A DNA stretch of 64,000 nucleotides from positions 43,254 through 107,253 of the forward strand of contig JAXLYZ010000005.1 of NCBI GenBank assembly GCA_046351155.1, given 5' to 3'. A program made the position numbers and the translations under genes. Shown in pieces: positions 20,186 to 30,371 of this stretch; within the stretch, counting starts at the first letter, position 1, and every line of letters starts with the position of its first letter. Source of the stretch: Myxococcota bacterium (GTDB lineage Bacteria > Myxococcota_A > UBA9042 > PHBI01). A model generated the notes under the pieces. The model was not told the origin of the DNA and ran no database searches. It was given only the letters and a program-made list of their open reading frames with translations.

Positions 20186-20204
20186 GGACGTGTCCTCGCC
20201 CCGA

Positions 20205-20831
20205 ATGGCGCGGATGTCACGCGCCGCGGCTGCGACGGCGCGCGCGCTCGGCTATGCTCGGGCGGTGACCTCGCGCGCCCTCGAGCATGCCTTCTTCGCC
20301 ACCGCCATCGGCCGCTGCGCCATCGTGTGGAGCGCCGACGGCGTGGCCGGCGTGCACCTGCCCGCGCTCGACGACGACGCTGCCGGGGCCGCCGGCGCGG
20401 CGGCGCTGGCCGCGCGCTTCTCCGGCTCGCGCGAGGCGATCGCGCCGGCGCGGATCGCGCGCGCCATCGAGGCCATCACGGCGCTCCTCGCCGGCGAGCC
20501 GCGCGACCTCGGCTTCATCGCCCTCGACCTGGCCGACGTGCCCGAGGCGGCGCGGCGCGTCTACGCCGTGGCGCGCACCATCGGCCCGGGCGAGACGCTG
20601 ACGTACGGCGAGGTCGCGGCGCGCCTCGGCACGCCCGGCGCGGCGCGCGCCGTGGGCCAGGCGCTCGGGCGGAATCCGTTCCCGATCGTGGTGCCGTGCC
20701 ATCGCGTGCTGGCCGCCGGCGGCCAGGACGGCGGCTTCTCGGCGCCGGGCGGCGTCGCGACCAAGCGCCGGCTGCTGGCCCTCGAGGGCGCGCGGCTGGC
20801 GCCGGTGCAGCTCGATCTGCTCGGCCGCTGA
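20205..20831 (+). CDS. ogt: Methylated-DNA-[protein]-cysteine S-methyltransferase
   Basis: Active-site PCHRV and DNA-binding-domain motifs (TYGEVAARLG, RAVGQALGRNPFPIVVPCHRVL). The start is uncertain: ATG 20205 or 20214, or GTG 20265. Confidence 0.8.
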   Translation: MARMSRAAAATARALGYARAVTSRALEHAFFATAIGRCAIVWSADGVAGVHLPALDDDAAGAAGAAALAARFSGSREAIAPARIARAIEAITALLAGEPRDLGFIALDLADVPEAARRVYAVARTIGPGETLTYGEVAARLGTPGAARAVGQALGRNPFPIVVPCHRVLAAGGQDGGFSAPGGVATKRRLLALEGARLAPVQLDLLGR

Positions 20832-21692
20832 CGGCCAGATCCGGCCGCCGACGCGCGTGGCCGCGTACAGCGCGATGCCGCTGCACACCGCGACGTTGAG
20901 CGAGTCGAAGCCCGCGGCCATGTCGATGCGCACGCCGCGGCAGCGCGCGGCGAGCGCGTCGGGCAGGCCCGGGCCCTCGCTGCCGAGGATGAGCGCGCGG
21001 CGCGGCGCGGGTCCGAGGTCCTCGAGGCGCTCGGCGCCGCGCAGCGTGAGCGCGACCGGCTCGTAGCCGTGGCCGAGCAGCGCGTCGACCAGCGCGTCGC
21101 CGCTCTTGGCGCGAGCGAACGGCACGAGCAGCGCGCCGCCGACGGAGACGCGCACCGCCTTCCTATATAAGGGGTCGCAGGTCGCGTCATCGAGCAGCAC
21201 GCCGCGCACGCCGAAGGCGGCCGCGTTCCGGAAGACGCCGCCGACGTTGTCGTGGTTGGTGAGCCCGACCAGCGCGACGACCAGGCCGTCGCCGTCCAGC
21301 AGCTCGTCGGGGGACGGCCCGAGCGCGCGCCCGCCGAGCGCCAGCACGCCGCGGTGGATGGCGAAGCCGACGATGCCGTCCATCACCGCCTGCGTGACGA
21401 CGTAGGCGGGCACGTTGTCGGGCAACGCCGCGAGCACGTCGGCCATGGCGCGCACGCGCTTCTCCTCGAGCAGGAGCGAGCGCACCGGGAAGCGCCGCTG
21501 GCCGACGAGCACGCGCACGACCACCTCGCCCTCGGCGATGAAGGCGCCGGCGCGCGCGCCGTCCAGGGCCGCGCCCGGCTCGGCCAGCGCCAGCAGATCG
21601 CGGTCGCGCACGCAGCGATACGGCGCGAGCGCGGGGTCGTCGGGGTCGGTCAGCGGGACGATCGAGGCAGCCACGGTCGACCGGTGTGCCAC
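20217..21692 (-). CDS. TrmH/SpoU-family RNA 2-prime-O-methyltransferase (3-prime end uncertain)
   Basis: SpoU motifs GLTNHDNVGGVFRNAAAFG, LILGSEGPGL and SLNVAVCSGIALY sit within the first 280 codons. The ORF then continues as Arg-rich low-complexity sequence for about 200 more codons, fully antisense to ogt. The true stop is probably near 20830-20850 and appears lost. Confidence 0.65.
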   Translation of the reverse strand: MAHRSTVAASIVPLTDPDDPALAPYRCVRDRDLLALAEPGAALDGARAGAFIAEGEVVVRVLVGQRRFPVRSLLLEEKRVRAMADVLAALPDNVPAYVVTQAVMDGIVGFAIHRGVLALGGRALGPSPDELLDGDGLVVALVGLTNHDNVGGVFRNAAAFGVRGVLLDDATCDPLYRKAVRVSVGGALLVPFARAKSGDALVDALLGHGYEPVALTLRGAERLEDLGPAPRRALILGSEGPGLPDALAARCRGVRIDMAAGFDSLNVAVCSGIALYAATRVGGRIWPSAAEQIELHRRQPRALEGQQPALGRDAARRREAAVLAAGGQHAMARHHDRERIPPERLAHGARRAGRAEARRDLAVRQRLARADGARHGVDAPRRLGHVGQVEGDEAEVARLAGEERRDGLDGARDPRRRDRLARAGEARGQRRRAGGPGSVVVERGQVHAGHAVGAPHDGAAADGGGEEGMLEGARGHRPSIAERARRRSRGA

Positions 21693-21711
21693 ACTCGCGG
21701 GCCGGCGGACA

Positions 21712-24700
21712 TCACAGCCTGACGGTCCACGCGCCGACCACCTCGCCGCTGGTCAGGCTCACGGCGCGGACGCGGCCGTCGCGGCTGAAGGCGGTGAGGA
21801 TCGGGCCGAGGCGGCAGTCGACGCGCTCGGCGCCCTCGAAGCGCAGGCTGGCCAGCGTCAGCGCCGGCTGCACGGTGCGCACGCGGCGCACCAGGATCGA
21901 CGGCGGGCTCGCGACGACCTCGGCCACGAGCTTGCCGTCGAGCGGGGTCGTCACCGTGAGCGGCGTCATGGGGTGGTCGGCGCTCCGGCCCTGGCGCTCG
22001 AAGCGGAAGCTCGGCAGCTCGAAGCGCCAGTGGAGGTCGGGCGCGACGGCGACGCTGAGGTGGTCGGGGTGGCGCTCGAGGCCGGTGATCGGGCCGCCGA
22101 GGTCGCTCACGTACCAGGTCGCCTCGGGCGGCGTGGAGTGGACGTCGAGCGCCGTCACGCTGGTCGCGTCGGCCAGGATGAGCTGCCGGCCATCGAAGGT
22201 GCGCGCCACGGCGCGCGCCGGCAGCGTCTGCCACGGGATGGCGACGCGCCGCTCGAGGTCGAGGCGGGCGATGCGCGCCAGCGCGCCGCGAAGGCCACCG
22301 CCGCCGCGGCCTGGCCGTGGTCGGCGACGACGAGCTGGTGGGCGGGCTCGGTCATGTGCGCCAGGCGGCGGCCGCGGCGATCGAGCAGCAGCACGCCCAG
22401 CTCGCCCAGCGCGACGAGCAGGCGCTGGCCCGGCAGCGCGGCGGCGTCGAGCACGGACAGCGGCCCGCGCTCGCTCGACGGCACGTCGATGACCAGCGGC
22501 GCGCGCGCCGAGCGAGCGCTGCGCCCGCGGCAGCGGCGGCAGGTCGGCGGCGAAGCTCTGGTCGAAGCGCGCGCGCTGGATCACGTCGCGCACGAGCTCG
22601 GGCCGGAGGTCGCCGCGCAGCACGTCGCCCAGCAGGACGCGCGCGGCCGCGTCGGCCAGGCGCTCGAGGCGCGGGTGCGGCGCGACCTGGCGCAGGCGCT
22701 CGGCCAGGATGCCGCGGGCGGTCGCGTCGGGGTCGTCGCGCAGCGCGGCCAGCGCGGCCAGCGCCTCGGGCTCGCGCGCCGGCGCCACCTCGAGCAGCTT
22801 CGGCAGGACGGCCGCCGCGCTCGGGCCGCCGAGCGCCAGCGCGCGCTCGATCCACGGCAGCGCCAGCGGGCGCTGCGCGGCGGGCAGGGGCCAGTAGATG
22901 TCGAGCGCGCGCACGACGTCGCCGGTCGCGGCGATGGACTCGGCCCAGGCGCTGCGCAGCGCGGCGGCGCGCGGGTCCTTCTCGCGCTCGAGGCGGCTCA
23001 GCGCGGCCGCGAAGGCGCCCTTCTGCACGGCGAAGGCGACGGCGCGATCGCGCTCGCCGGCGCGCATGAGGGCGATGACGACGAGGCTCGGCTCGAGCTG
23101 CTCGCCGCCGCCATGGTCGCCGCCAGCTCGAAGCGCTCGTGCTTCACGAGCAGCTCGTAGGCCTCGAGCGGCCGCTCGAGCAGCTCGGCGTGGACGAACG
23201 CAGCCTCGTCGACGCGACCCTCGGCCATCAGGCGATTGAGCATGACGCCGTAGCGATCGCGCAGGTGCTGGAACAGCTCGGGGACGACGCCGAGGCTGGC
23301 CTGGCCGCCGGCGCCGGGCACGCTGTAGGTCAGCGCCGTGCGCGGGCTCGGCGCGCGCGCGCGTCAGCGGCCCGGCGGCGCCCGGCGTGGTGTGGAGCGG
23401 GATGGCGTGGCGCAGCGCGGCGTCGAGGTCGCCGCGATCGAGCATGCCGAGCAGATCGCCGAGGTAGCGCGAGGCGGCGCGGCCGAAGAGCGAGCCGATA
23501 CCGGCGCGCACGGCGAGGCGCTCGAGCCAGCGCGAGATGCGCCCGAAGAGACCGACGCGCGCGGTCGGCGCGGGCGCGGCGAGGGTTCGACCGGACGCGA
23601 CGCCGGCCGGGTCGCGCGACGGCCTCCGAAGAGGCGGCGCAGCGCCTGCGCGAAGCGGCCGGGGCGGCGCGGCGGCGTCTTCAGCGCGCGGGCGACCTCG
23701 TCGCGCGCGGCGGCCAGCTCGAACGAGGGGCCGAGGTATTGTTGCGGCGTCAGCGGCCGCGCGACGGCGAGCGCGGGCAGGCGCGGCTCCGGCCCGAGCG
23801 GCGCGACCGATGCGACGGGGACGGCGGCGAGATCGATCCACGCCACCGGATCGAGCGCGCGCGCCTCGGCCAGCGGCGTCGCGGCAATGGCGCCGCCCAT
23901 GACCGCAACCAGCGCCGCCGGGCGCGGCTCCGGGCCGAGCACCTGCGCCAGCTCGGCGGCCTCGAGCGGCGCGGCCAGGAGGTCGGCGCCGCGGCGCACC
24001 AGCACGAGCCCGGGCGCGCCGGCGCACGACATGCGCCGCGGCGCGTCGAAGACCAGCAGCACGCCCCACGGCGTCCGGGCCACGCGGTCGCCCATGCCCC
24101 ACAGGCCGAGCGCGCGCCTCGGCGTCGACCTGGAGGACCAGACCGGCGGCGACGACCGAGCCGCGATGCAGCACCTGGCGCGGCGTGGCTCGGCTCACGC
24201 GCCGTCCTTCGCGCCTGTCGCGAGCGTGACCAGGTTCGCGCCGCTGACGATGTCGACGACGGCGATCTCGCCGCTCTCGGCGCGCCAGGCGAGGTGGCCG
24301 AAGGCGCGGCTGACGCACGCCGAGGCGACCGGGCGCGGCGCGCGCGCGATCTCCTTCACGCCGTCGGGCAGGAGGTGCGAGGCCTGCCGCCGCTCCGCGT
24401 CGAGCACGACCAGCCCGAGCACGGGCGACGACGGCGCGGCGCGGGCCAGGCCGATGACCTCGCAGCCTTCGGCCAGCGACACGCCCCGCGGCGCGCGCGC
24501 CGCGTCGAAGAGGGTCCACGCCCGCGCGCCGGTCTCGACCGCGACCGCGCCGGACGCGTGGCCGGCCGCGTCCGGCCCGAAGAACACGCGCGCGCCGGGC
24601 GCGAAGTCGAAGACCGCCAGCTCCATCGGCGCGGCCGGCGCCGCGTCCGGGTCCCCAGTCCTTGGGCAGGAGCAGCAGGCGGCCGCGGCCCGCGCCGAGC

Positions 24701-25956
24701 GCGGCCGAGGTGCCGACGCAGACGATGCCGTCGCGCCGGACGGCGAAGGCGTGGATGGTGTCGGAGTGGTTGCGCGTGCCGAGGGTCGGCGCGTGCGACC
24801 AGGCCACCAGGCGCCCGAGGCCGTCGAGCGTCATCCAGCGCAGGTGGAGGTAGCCGGCCTGGCCCACGCCCTCGACGCGAAAGGGCAGGCCATCGATGGC
24901 CGCCACGGCCTCGCGCGGCGGGTGGAGGTGGGGCGCGCCGCGGGACGACGCGAGGACGTGCGCCCCGCGCAGGGCGAAGGCCGCGAGCACGCGACCGATG
25001 GAGCCGACGGCGAAGAGCTCGCCCTCGGGCAGGTGCACGATCAGCGGCTTGCCCGCCTTGATGGCCGCCGAGTGCGGCACGTGGAAGGCGGTGAGCTTGT
25101 CGGCGCTGCGCACGAGCAGCCGGTGGCCGTCGCCGGAGAACATCGGCGCGCCGATCGCGGCATCGCGCGCGCGCTTGGCGTTGGGCTGCGGGGTCGTGCC
25201 CGGGTCGCCGAGGAGCGCCGCGCCGGACCAGTCCGACGGCAGGCTCAGCGCCACGCCGCGGCTCGCTGCCCCCTTGCGCGTGACCTCGACGCGCAGCTCG
25301 CGCTCGCCGCTCGCGACGCTGATGGCGTGCGCGCCGATGGCCGCGGCGCGGGTCGGCGTGTCGACGTCGCCGACCAGCCACAGCTCGCCGGCCCCGTGCT
25401 CCAGGGCGCGCGCCCGGGCGCGCGCGACGTCGGCGAGGACGAGCTGACGCAGGCTGCGCGCGGCGAGCAGCGCGCGGGCGTCGAGCCGCTCGTCGAGCGC
25501 GTCGCGCTCCGACTGGAGGACGCCCCAGGCGAAGCGCGCGCCGGCCTCGCGCGCGCGGCGACCGAGCGCGACCAGCAGCGCGACGTGGGCGAGGCGCATG
25601 ACGCCGAGCTGGCTCGGGCCGACGTCGAAGAGCACGGCCGTGGCGCGCCCACCGCTCGGCGCGCGGCGCTGCAGCTCGAGGAAGGTGTGCTCGCTGGCGG
25701 CGGCGCGGCGCAGGAACTCGTCGGGCAGCTCGTCGGCCAGGAGCCACTCGCTGGACAGCAGGCGCTGGTACGGCCCGCGCCGCGCCAGGCCGCCGAAGCC
25801 GTCCGGCTCACCGCTGCCCGGCGGTGGCGAGCCGCCGAGCGGACCGAGCGCGTGCAGCAGCCGGTCGAGCCACGGCGTGATGGCGCGGGCCAGCGCCTCG
25901 GGCACGAGCGCCAGGCTGTCGGCCCAGCGCGAGACCGGCTGACCGAGGCGCGTCAT
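21712..25956 (-). pseudogene. Large gene(s) downstream of the RavA-like ATPase, disrupted by multiple frameshifts (degenerate VWA-like N-terminus, beta-propeller-like and helical-repeat segments)
   Basis: Starts at ATG 25956, overlapping the upstream stop (ATGA). Protein-like sequence runs 25956 to about 24650 in one frame. It continues 24626-24195 in a second frame ending in a stop, then 24095 to about 23620 in a third frame. The rest is islands of protein-like sequence in the long-ORF frame (about 23130-22480 and 22270-21712), separated by Arg-rich out-of-frame stretches. Confidence 0.5.
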
Positions 25957-26363
25957 CGGGCCTGCCGCCAGGCTTCGAGCGCGGCCGCGCTCAGGCGACG
26001 CGCGTGCCCGAGCGGCACCAGCAGCGACGGCTCGGTCAGCAGCGCCACCGGGGTCGAGCCGGCGCGCGCGACCGCGGCGCGCGCGAGCAGCGTCGTCGCG
26101 AACGGCGGCGCCAGCGTCGTCGGCAGGTAGAGCTCGGGGCACAGCGGCTCGCGCCCGAGGTATTCGACGCCGTCGACCCAGGGCAGCGCGTCGCTCGGCC
26201 CCAGCAGCACGATCAGGTCGGCGCCGGCCACGCCCTCGAGGCGCGCGCGCCGCTCGTCGGCGAGCTCCAGCGCGGCCTGGACCAGCGCGCGCGCCACCGC
26301 GCCCCGACCGACGGCGGCCTCGGGTGCGAGCGGCTCGACGCGCGGCACGAGCGCCGGCGTCAT
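25953..26363 (-). CDS. Small hypothetical protein (137 aa), translationally coupled on both sides
   Basis: The ATG overlaps the RavA-like stop (ATGA at 26360-26363), and its own stop overlaps the next ATG (25953-25956). The sequence is protein-like. Confidence 0.45.
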   Translation of the reverse strand: MTPALVPRVEPLAPEAAVGRGAVARALVQAALELADERRARLEGVAGADLIVLLGPSDALPWVDGVEYLGREPLCPELYLPTTLAPPFATTLLARAAVARAGSTPVALLTEPSLLVPLGHARRLSAAALEAWRQAR

Positions 26364-27649
26364 GCGGAATCGCCAAGCACCTTGACGATGCGCGCGCGCA
26401 GCGTCGCGATGGGCGCGGGCCGGGCGTCGGCCGCGAAGCTGGCGTCGATCTCGCGCGCGATGCCCTCCACGCGCAGGCGCCAGGCGCGCAGCGCGTCGCG
26501 GCCGTCGGCGCCGGCCGCGCTCGGGACCTCGGCGAGCAGCGCTTCGCCGAGGCGCGCGATGCGCTCGGCGCGCGCGTGCGGGCCCTGCGAGGCGTCGAGC
26601 GCGGCGGCGGGCAGGGCCGGGTTGTGCGCGTGGGCGAAGACCTCGCGCAGCGCGTCGCGCGCCAGCGCCTGGCCCTCGGCGCTCGGCACCACATAGAGGA
26701 GCGGCCACAGGTCGGCCGGCGTCGGATCGGCTCGGCCGGCCAGCACGGCGGCGGCGGCCGTGAGCGCCTGGGCCTTCACGATGCGCCGATCGGTGAGCGC
26801 GATGCCGGCGTCGCGCAGCGTGCGCACGACCTCGGCCAGACGCGGCCGGAGCGCGCTGGTGTCGGCGACGCGCGCGGCCTCGACCAGCACGTCGATGTCG
26901 GCGACGCTGGCCGGCGGCGGCCCGAGCGCGTCGCGCTGCAGGCTGGCGCCGGCCGCGAGCAGGTCCTCGAGGGCCGGGTCGGGGATGGGCTGCACGAAGA
27001 CGTGGAGCAGGAAGCGATCGGCGAAGGCGGCCAGCGTCGGATCCTCGGGCAGCGCGTTCGACGCGCCGACGCACACGCGCAGCGGGCAGGCGATGTCGCT
27101 GTGGCCGCGGCGGAAGCGGCGCTCGTTGAGGACGCCGAGGAGCGAGTTGAGGATGGCCGTCGAGCCGAGGAACACCTCGTCGAGGAAGGCCAGGTCGGCT
27201 TCGGGCAGCATGCCGTGGGTGTCGGTCTCGACGCGCCCGGCGCGGAGCTTCTGCAGATCGACCGCGCCGAAGATCTCGCTCGGCTCGGTGAAGCGGCCGA
27301 CCAGGTACTCGAAGACGCGGCCGTCGATGCCGCGCGCCACGCGCCGCACCGCCTCGCTCTTGGCGGTCCCGGGCGGGCCGATGACGAGCAGGTGCTCGCG
27401 CGCGACGGCGGCCAGGACCACGAGCTCCACCACCAGCTCGCGCTCGACCAGGCCGCGCGAGGCGCGCTCGATGGCGAGCCGCAGCCGTCGCGACGCATCG
27501 GCCAGGCCCGCGCGCGCGAGACGATTCTCGGGGTCATGGCGGGCGGTCGTGGACATTGGCGCAAGATAGCTGCTATCCGCACAGAGCGCATCCCACGTGT
27601 CGAGGTAGCGAGCCGTCGCGCCACCACCCGGTTTGCTCATGCGCGACAC
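26360..27649 (-). CDS. MoxR-family AAA+ ATPase, RavA-like
   Basis: Walker A LVIGPPGTAKSE. There are blocks closely resembling E. coli RavA: FEYLVGRFTEPSEIFGA against RavA FEYLMTRFSTPEEVFGP, and LPEADLAFLDEVFLGSTAILNSLLGVLNERRF against RavA [32 protein letters not shown]. The start is GTG 27649 or ATG 27640. Confidence 0.8.
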   Translation of the reverse strand: MSRMSKPGGGATARYLDTWDALCADSSYLAPMSTTARHDPENRLARAGLADASRRLRLAIERASRGLVERELVVELVVLAAVAREHLLVIGPPGTAKSEAVRRVARGIDGRVFEYLVGRFTEPSEIFGAVDLQKLRAGRVETDTHGMLPEADLAFLDEVFLGSTAILNSLLGVLNERRFRRGHSDIACPLRVCVGASNALPEDPTLAAFADRFLLHVFVQPIPDPALEDLLAAGASLQRDALGPPPASVADIDVLVEAARVADTSALRPRLAEVVRTLRDAGIALTDRRIVKAQALTAAAAVLAGRADPTPADLWPLLYVVPSAEGQALARDALREVFAHAHNPALPAAALDASQGPHARAERIARLGEALLAEVPSAAGADGRDALRAWRLRVEGIAREIDASFAADARPAPIATLRARIVKVLGDSA

Positions 27650-27699
27650 AACGGGGCAGCTCGATCCTCGATGGATCGGCCTGCCCTCGAGGGGGCCAT
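27650..27699. promoter_or_regulatory. 50-bp divergent intergenic region between the RavA-like operon (minus) and the K/E-rich-protein/kinase/AAA operon (plus)
   Basis: Only about 50 bp separate the two divergent start codons. GAGGGGG lies 5 nt before ATG 27700. Confidence 0.4.
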
Positions 27700-29856
27700 A
27701 TGGTGCTGAAGTCTGCGAAGAAGCTGATCGACAACGTCAGCGGCAAGAAAGACAAGTCGAAGGGCGCTCCGACCACACCGCCGCCGCGGCCGACCACGCC
27801 GGCGCCGACGACGAACAAGCAGGCACCGCCGCGGCCGACCACGCCCGCGCCGACCGACAAGCAGGCGCCGCCGCGACCGACCACGCCGGCGCCCGGTACG
27901 CCGACCGTCGCCCAGGCGCCGAAGGCCTTCGTGAAGGGCGCCAAGCCCGGCACGCCGCAGCCCGAGGGCTCGCAGCTGGGCGCCCAGCGCGCCTGGAAGA
28001 AGACGACGCCGAAGGCGAACGACAAGGCGCCGACCAGCCCCAAGAAGATCGGCGAGAACCGCAAGATCACGAAGGCCCTCGAGAAGCAGGAGTCGAAGAC
28101 GCCGCTGCCGACCGAGGTCAAGGAGAAGGTCGAGGAGGCCAAGGAGGTCGAGAAGGTCGCGCCCGTGGTCGAGAAGGCCAAGCACGAGACCCCGCCGGCC
28201 AACAAGTACAGCGCCTCGGCCTACACGACGACGGTCGCCGACGACGAGGCGAAGAGCCCGTACACGACCACCGTCGACGACGGCGAGAGCCCGCTGCGCC
28301 AGAGCCAGGGCAAGGTCGGCGCCTACAGCTCCGAGCAGAAAGACGCCGAGGACGACATGTCCTCCCAGGACGACGTCTCGTCCGACGCGCTCGAGGTCCA
28401 GGGGCTCGACCCCAACCGCTACGCGGCCGTGCAGCACAGCGACGTGGCCACGTTCTCGTCGTCCGACGACGGCTTCGTGAGCGAAGAGGAGACGAGCTCG
28501 AGCGGCGAGGTCGGCGCCCCGATGCAGATCCCCAAGGCCCAGCTGCTGATGCGCATCAAGGCGGCCAAGGTCGCCAAGCTGCGCGCCGACCGGGCCAAGG
28601 AGAAGGAGGCCGAGAAGGCCAAGCAGGAGGACGAGGCCAAGCAGAAGAGCAACGAGACGCCGAAGGAGGAGGTCAAGGAGGAGGTGAAGGAGGATGCGCC
28701 GCCCACCAACTACGGCTCGGCCACCAACTACGCCTCGGCCAGCAGCTACACCATGACCGGCTCGGACTCCATGGCCCACTACGGCAACCGGTACAGCAGC
28801 ATATCGAGCGACGACGAGCCCGACCTGTCGTCGACCGGCTTCCGCACCGACGACATGAGCGCGCACACCGCCGAGATCGACATGGCCTCCGACCTCGAGG
28901 ACGCCGCGGCGGCCATCCCCAACGTCCAGGAGCGCCACACCGCCTCGAAGAACCCCGAGGTGAAGGCCATGCAGCAGAAGCTGCGCGACGGCCGGCGCAA
29001 CCTGAAGGACGCCCCCGAGGTCGTGAACGACTCGGTGACCGGGCAGCACATCGCCACCAACCAGATCGAGCGCGAGCGCATGAGCTCGAACGAGCGCAAG
29101 TCCGAGGGCTGGGCGCTGCTCGGCATGCGCACCGAGCACCGCGAGCAGGACCTCGGCAAGAAGGGCGGCCGCTGGGACGTCAAGTACGCGCTCTCCGAGT
29201 TCGCCGAGATCGAGGCCGGCGTCGAGCAGCTGCTGGGCGACAAGCTCCGCACCGGGCGCGAGGAGATGCTGTGCGAGGTCTACGGCGGTCGCCTCGTCGA
29301 CGTGGCGGGCCGCGGCGTCGACACCTCGAGCGCCGGCGTCAGCGGACAGGCGCAGCACGATCGCACCGACAAGCTGCGCGAGAAGATCGAGAAGGCCAAG
29401 CAGGCCGGCTTCGGCGACAAGGTCGCCAAGCTCGAGAAGAAGCTCGACACCGCCGTCAAGGACCCGCGCAAGGACAAGAGCATCTCGGGCCGCTTCATCT
29501 ACGTGATGAACGCCAGCGGGCAGTTCTTCGCCTGCAAGCCCGAGCTCTACAAGGTCCACCACTCGGCCATGCTGGCGGGCGGCGCGGTCGCGTGCGCCGG
29601 CGAGATGCTGGTGTCGGGCGGCACCATCCAGGCCATCAACAACTCGAGCGGCCACTACCGGCCGGGGCCGGCCTTCCTGTGGCAGGCCGTGAAGCAGCTC
29701 GAGATGAGCGGCGCGTCGATGGGCTTCCAGGTCGAGTGCGCGGCCGTGACGCGCAAGTTCAAGACCGGCACCGACTTCCTGAGCGCCATGGATCCGACGA
29801 CCGACGCCAAGCTCTTCGACGGCGTCTACGCCGTGAAGAAGCTGAACGCCCGATGA
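27700..29856 (+). CDS. K/E/P/T-rich intrinsically disordered protein with an unrecognised C-terminal globular domain (about 130 aa)
   Basis: 718 aa with no signal peptide. It has three 11-aa PT repeats (APPRPTTPAPT), charged K/E blocks (KAAKVAKLRADRAKEKEAEKAKQEDEAKQK) and a Y/S/N-rich segment. The C-terminal segment is GRFIYVMNASGQFFACKPELYKVHHSAMLAGGAVACAGEMLVSGGTIQAINNSSGHYRPGPAFLW. Codon usage is native-like (AAG/GAG). The stop overlaps the next ATG (ATGA). Confidence 0.65.
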   Translation: MVLKSAKKLIDNVSGKKDKSKGAPTTPPPRPTTPAPTTNKQAPPRPTTPAPTDKQAPPRPTTPAPGTPTVAQAPKAFVKGAKPGTPQPEGSQLGAQRAWKKTTPKANDKAPTSPKKIGENRKITKALEKQESKTPLPTEVKEKVEEAKEVEKVAPVVEKAKHETPPANKYSASAYTTTVADDEAKSPYTTTVDDGESPLRQSQGKVGAYSSEQKDAEDDMSSQDDVSSDALEVQGLDPNRYAAVQHSDVATFSSSDDGFVSEEETSSSGEVGAPMQIPKAQLLMRIKAAKVAKLRADRAKEKEAEKAKQEDEAKQKSNETPKEEVKEEVKEDAPPTNYGSATNYASASSYTMTGSDSMAHYGNRYSSISSDDEPDLSSTGFRTDDMSAHTAEIDMASDLEDAAAAIPNVQERHTASKNPEVKAMQQKLRDGRRNLKDAPEVVNDSVTGQHIATNQIERERMSSNERKSEGWALLGMRTEHREQDLGKKGGRWDVKYALSEFAEIEAGVEQLLGDKLRTGREEMLCEVYGGRLVDVAGRGVDTSSAGVSGQAQHDRTDKLREKIEKAKQAGFGDKVAKLEKKLDTAVKDPRKDKSISGRFIYVMNASGQFFACKPELYKVHHSAMLAGGAVACAGEMLVSGGTIQAINNSSGHYRPGPAFLWQAVKQLEMSGASMGFQVECAAVTRKFKTGTDFLSAMDPTTDAKLFDGVYAVKKLNAR
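27775..27900. repeat. Coding 33-bp tandem repeat, 3 copies (encoding PPRPTTPAPT[TD]KQA)
   Basis: ccgccgcggccgaccacgccggcgccgac... is repeated three times with minor variation. Confidence 0.55.
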
Positions 29857-30371
29857 GCGACCTCGCAGCCGCGGTCGGCCGCGCCGCCGATCTCGTGGGA
29901 CGCATCGTCGACGACCCCACCGAGCACGGCCTGGCCGCGGCGGTGGCGGCCGATCCGGGGTCGCTCGACGCGCTCTTCGCGGTGCTGCGCGACCGCTTCG
30001 TCGAGCGCGGCGAGGGCTTCGGCGACCTCGAGGGCGACGACACCTTCTGGCGCATCATCGCCATCGCGCTGACGACGTGGGCGCCGGCGCTGCGCGAGCG
30101 CTTCGCCGCCGAGGTGCTGTTCAAGGCCGCGGCGCCCGACGCGTATCGCTGGATCGCGCCGCTGGCGCGCGCGCTCTATCGCGCCGACGCGGCCGAGCGG
30201 CTGGTGCTGGCGGCCGTCGAGCGCGGCGACGCGGCGACGCGCGTGAACGCGTCGCACCTGGCGTACTACCTCTTCGACGGCTCGCCCGAGTACGCCCTGT
30301 CGGACATCGGGGCGCGTCGCCTCGCCGATGCGGACCCGCTCCGCTCGCCGCGGGCGGCGGACGGTGACTGA
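29853..30371 (+). CDS. Hypothetical helical protein (172 aa), translationally coupled
   Basis: The ATG overlaps the upstream stop. The protein is protein-like with no known motif. Its stop TGA overlaps the GTG 30364 start candidate of the kinase. Confidence 0.55.
   Translation: MSDLAAAVGRAADLVGRIVDDPTEHGLAAAVAADPGSLDALFAVLRDRFVERGEGFGDLEGDDTFWRIIAIALTTWAPALRERFAAEVLFKAAAPDAYRWIAPLARALYRADAAERLVLAAVERGDAATRVNASHLAYYLFDGSPEYALSDIGARRLADADPLRSPRAADGD

Noticed and set aside
21415-26130. Plus-strand ORFs 21415-23160 and 23338-26130
   Set aside because: Antisense to the RavA-associated locus. No protein-like segments appear on this strand, whereas the minus strand has many.
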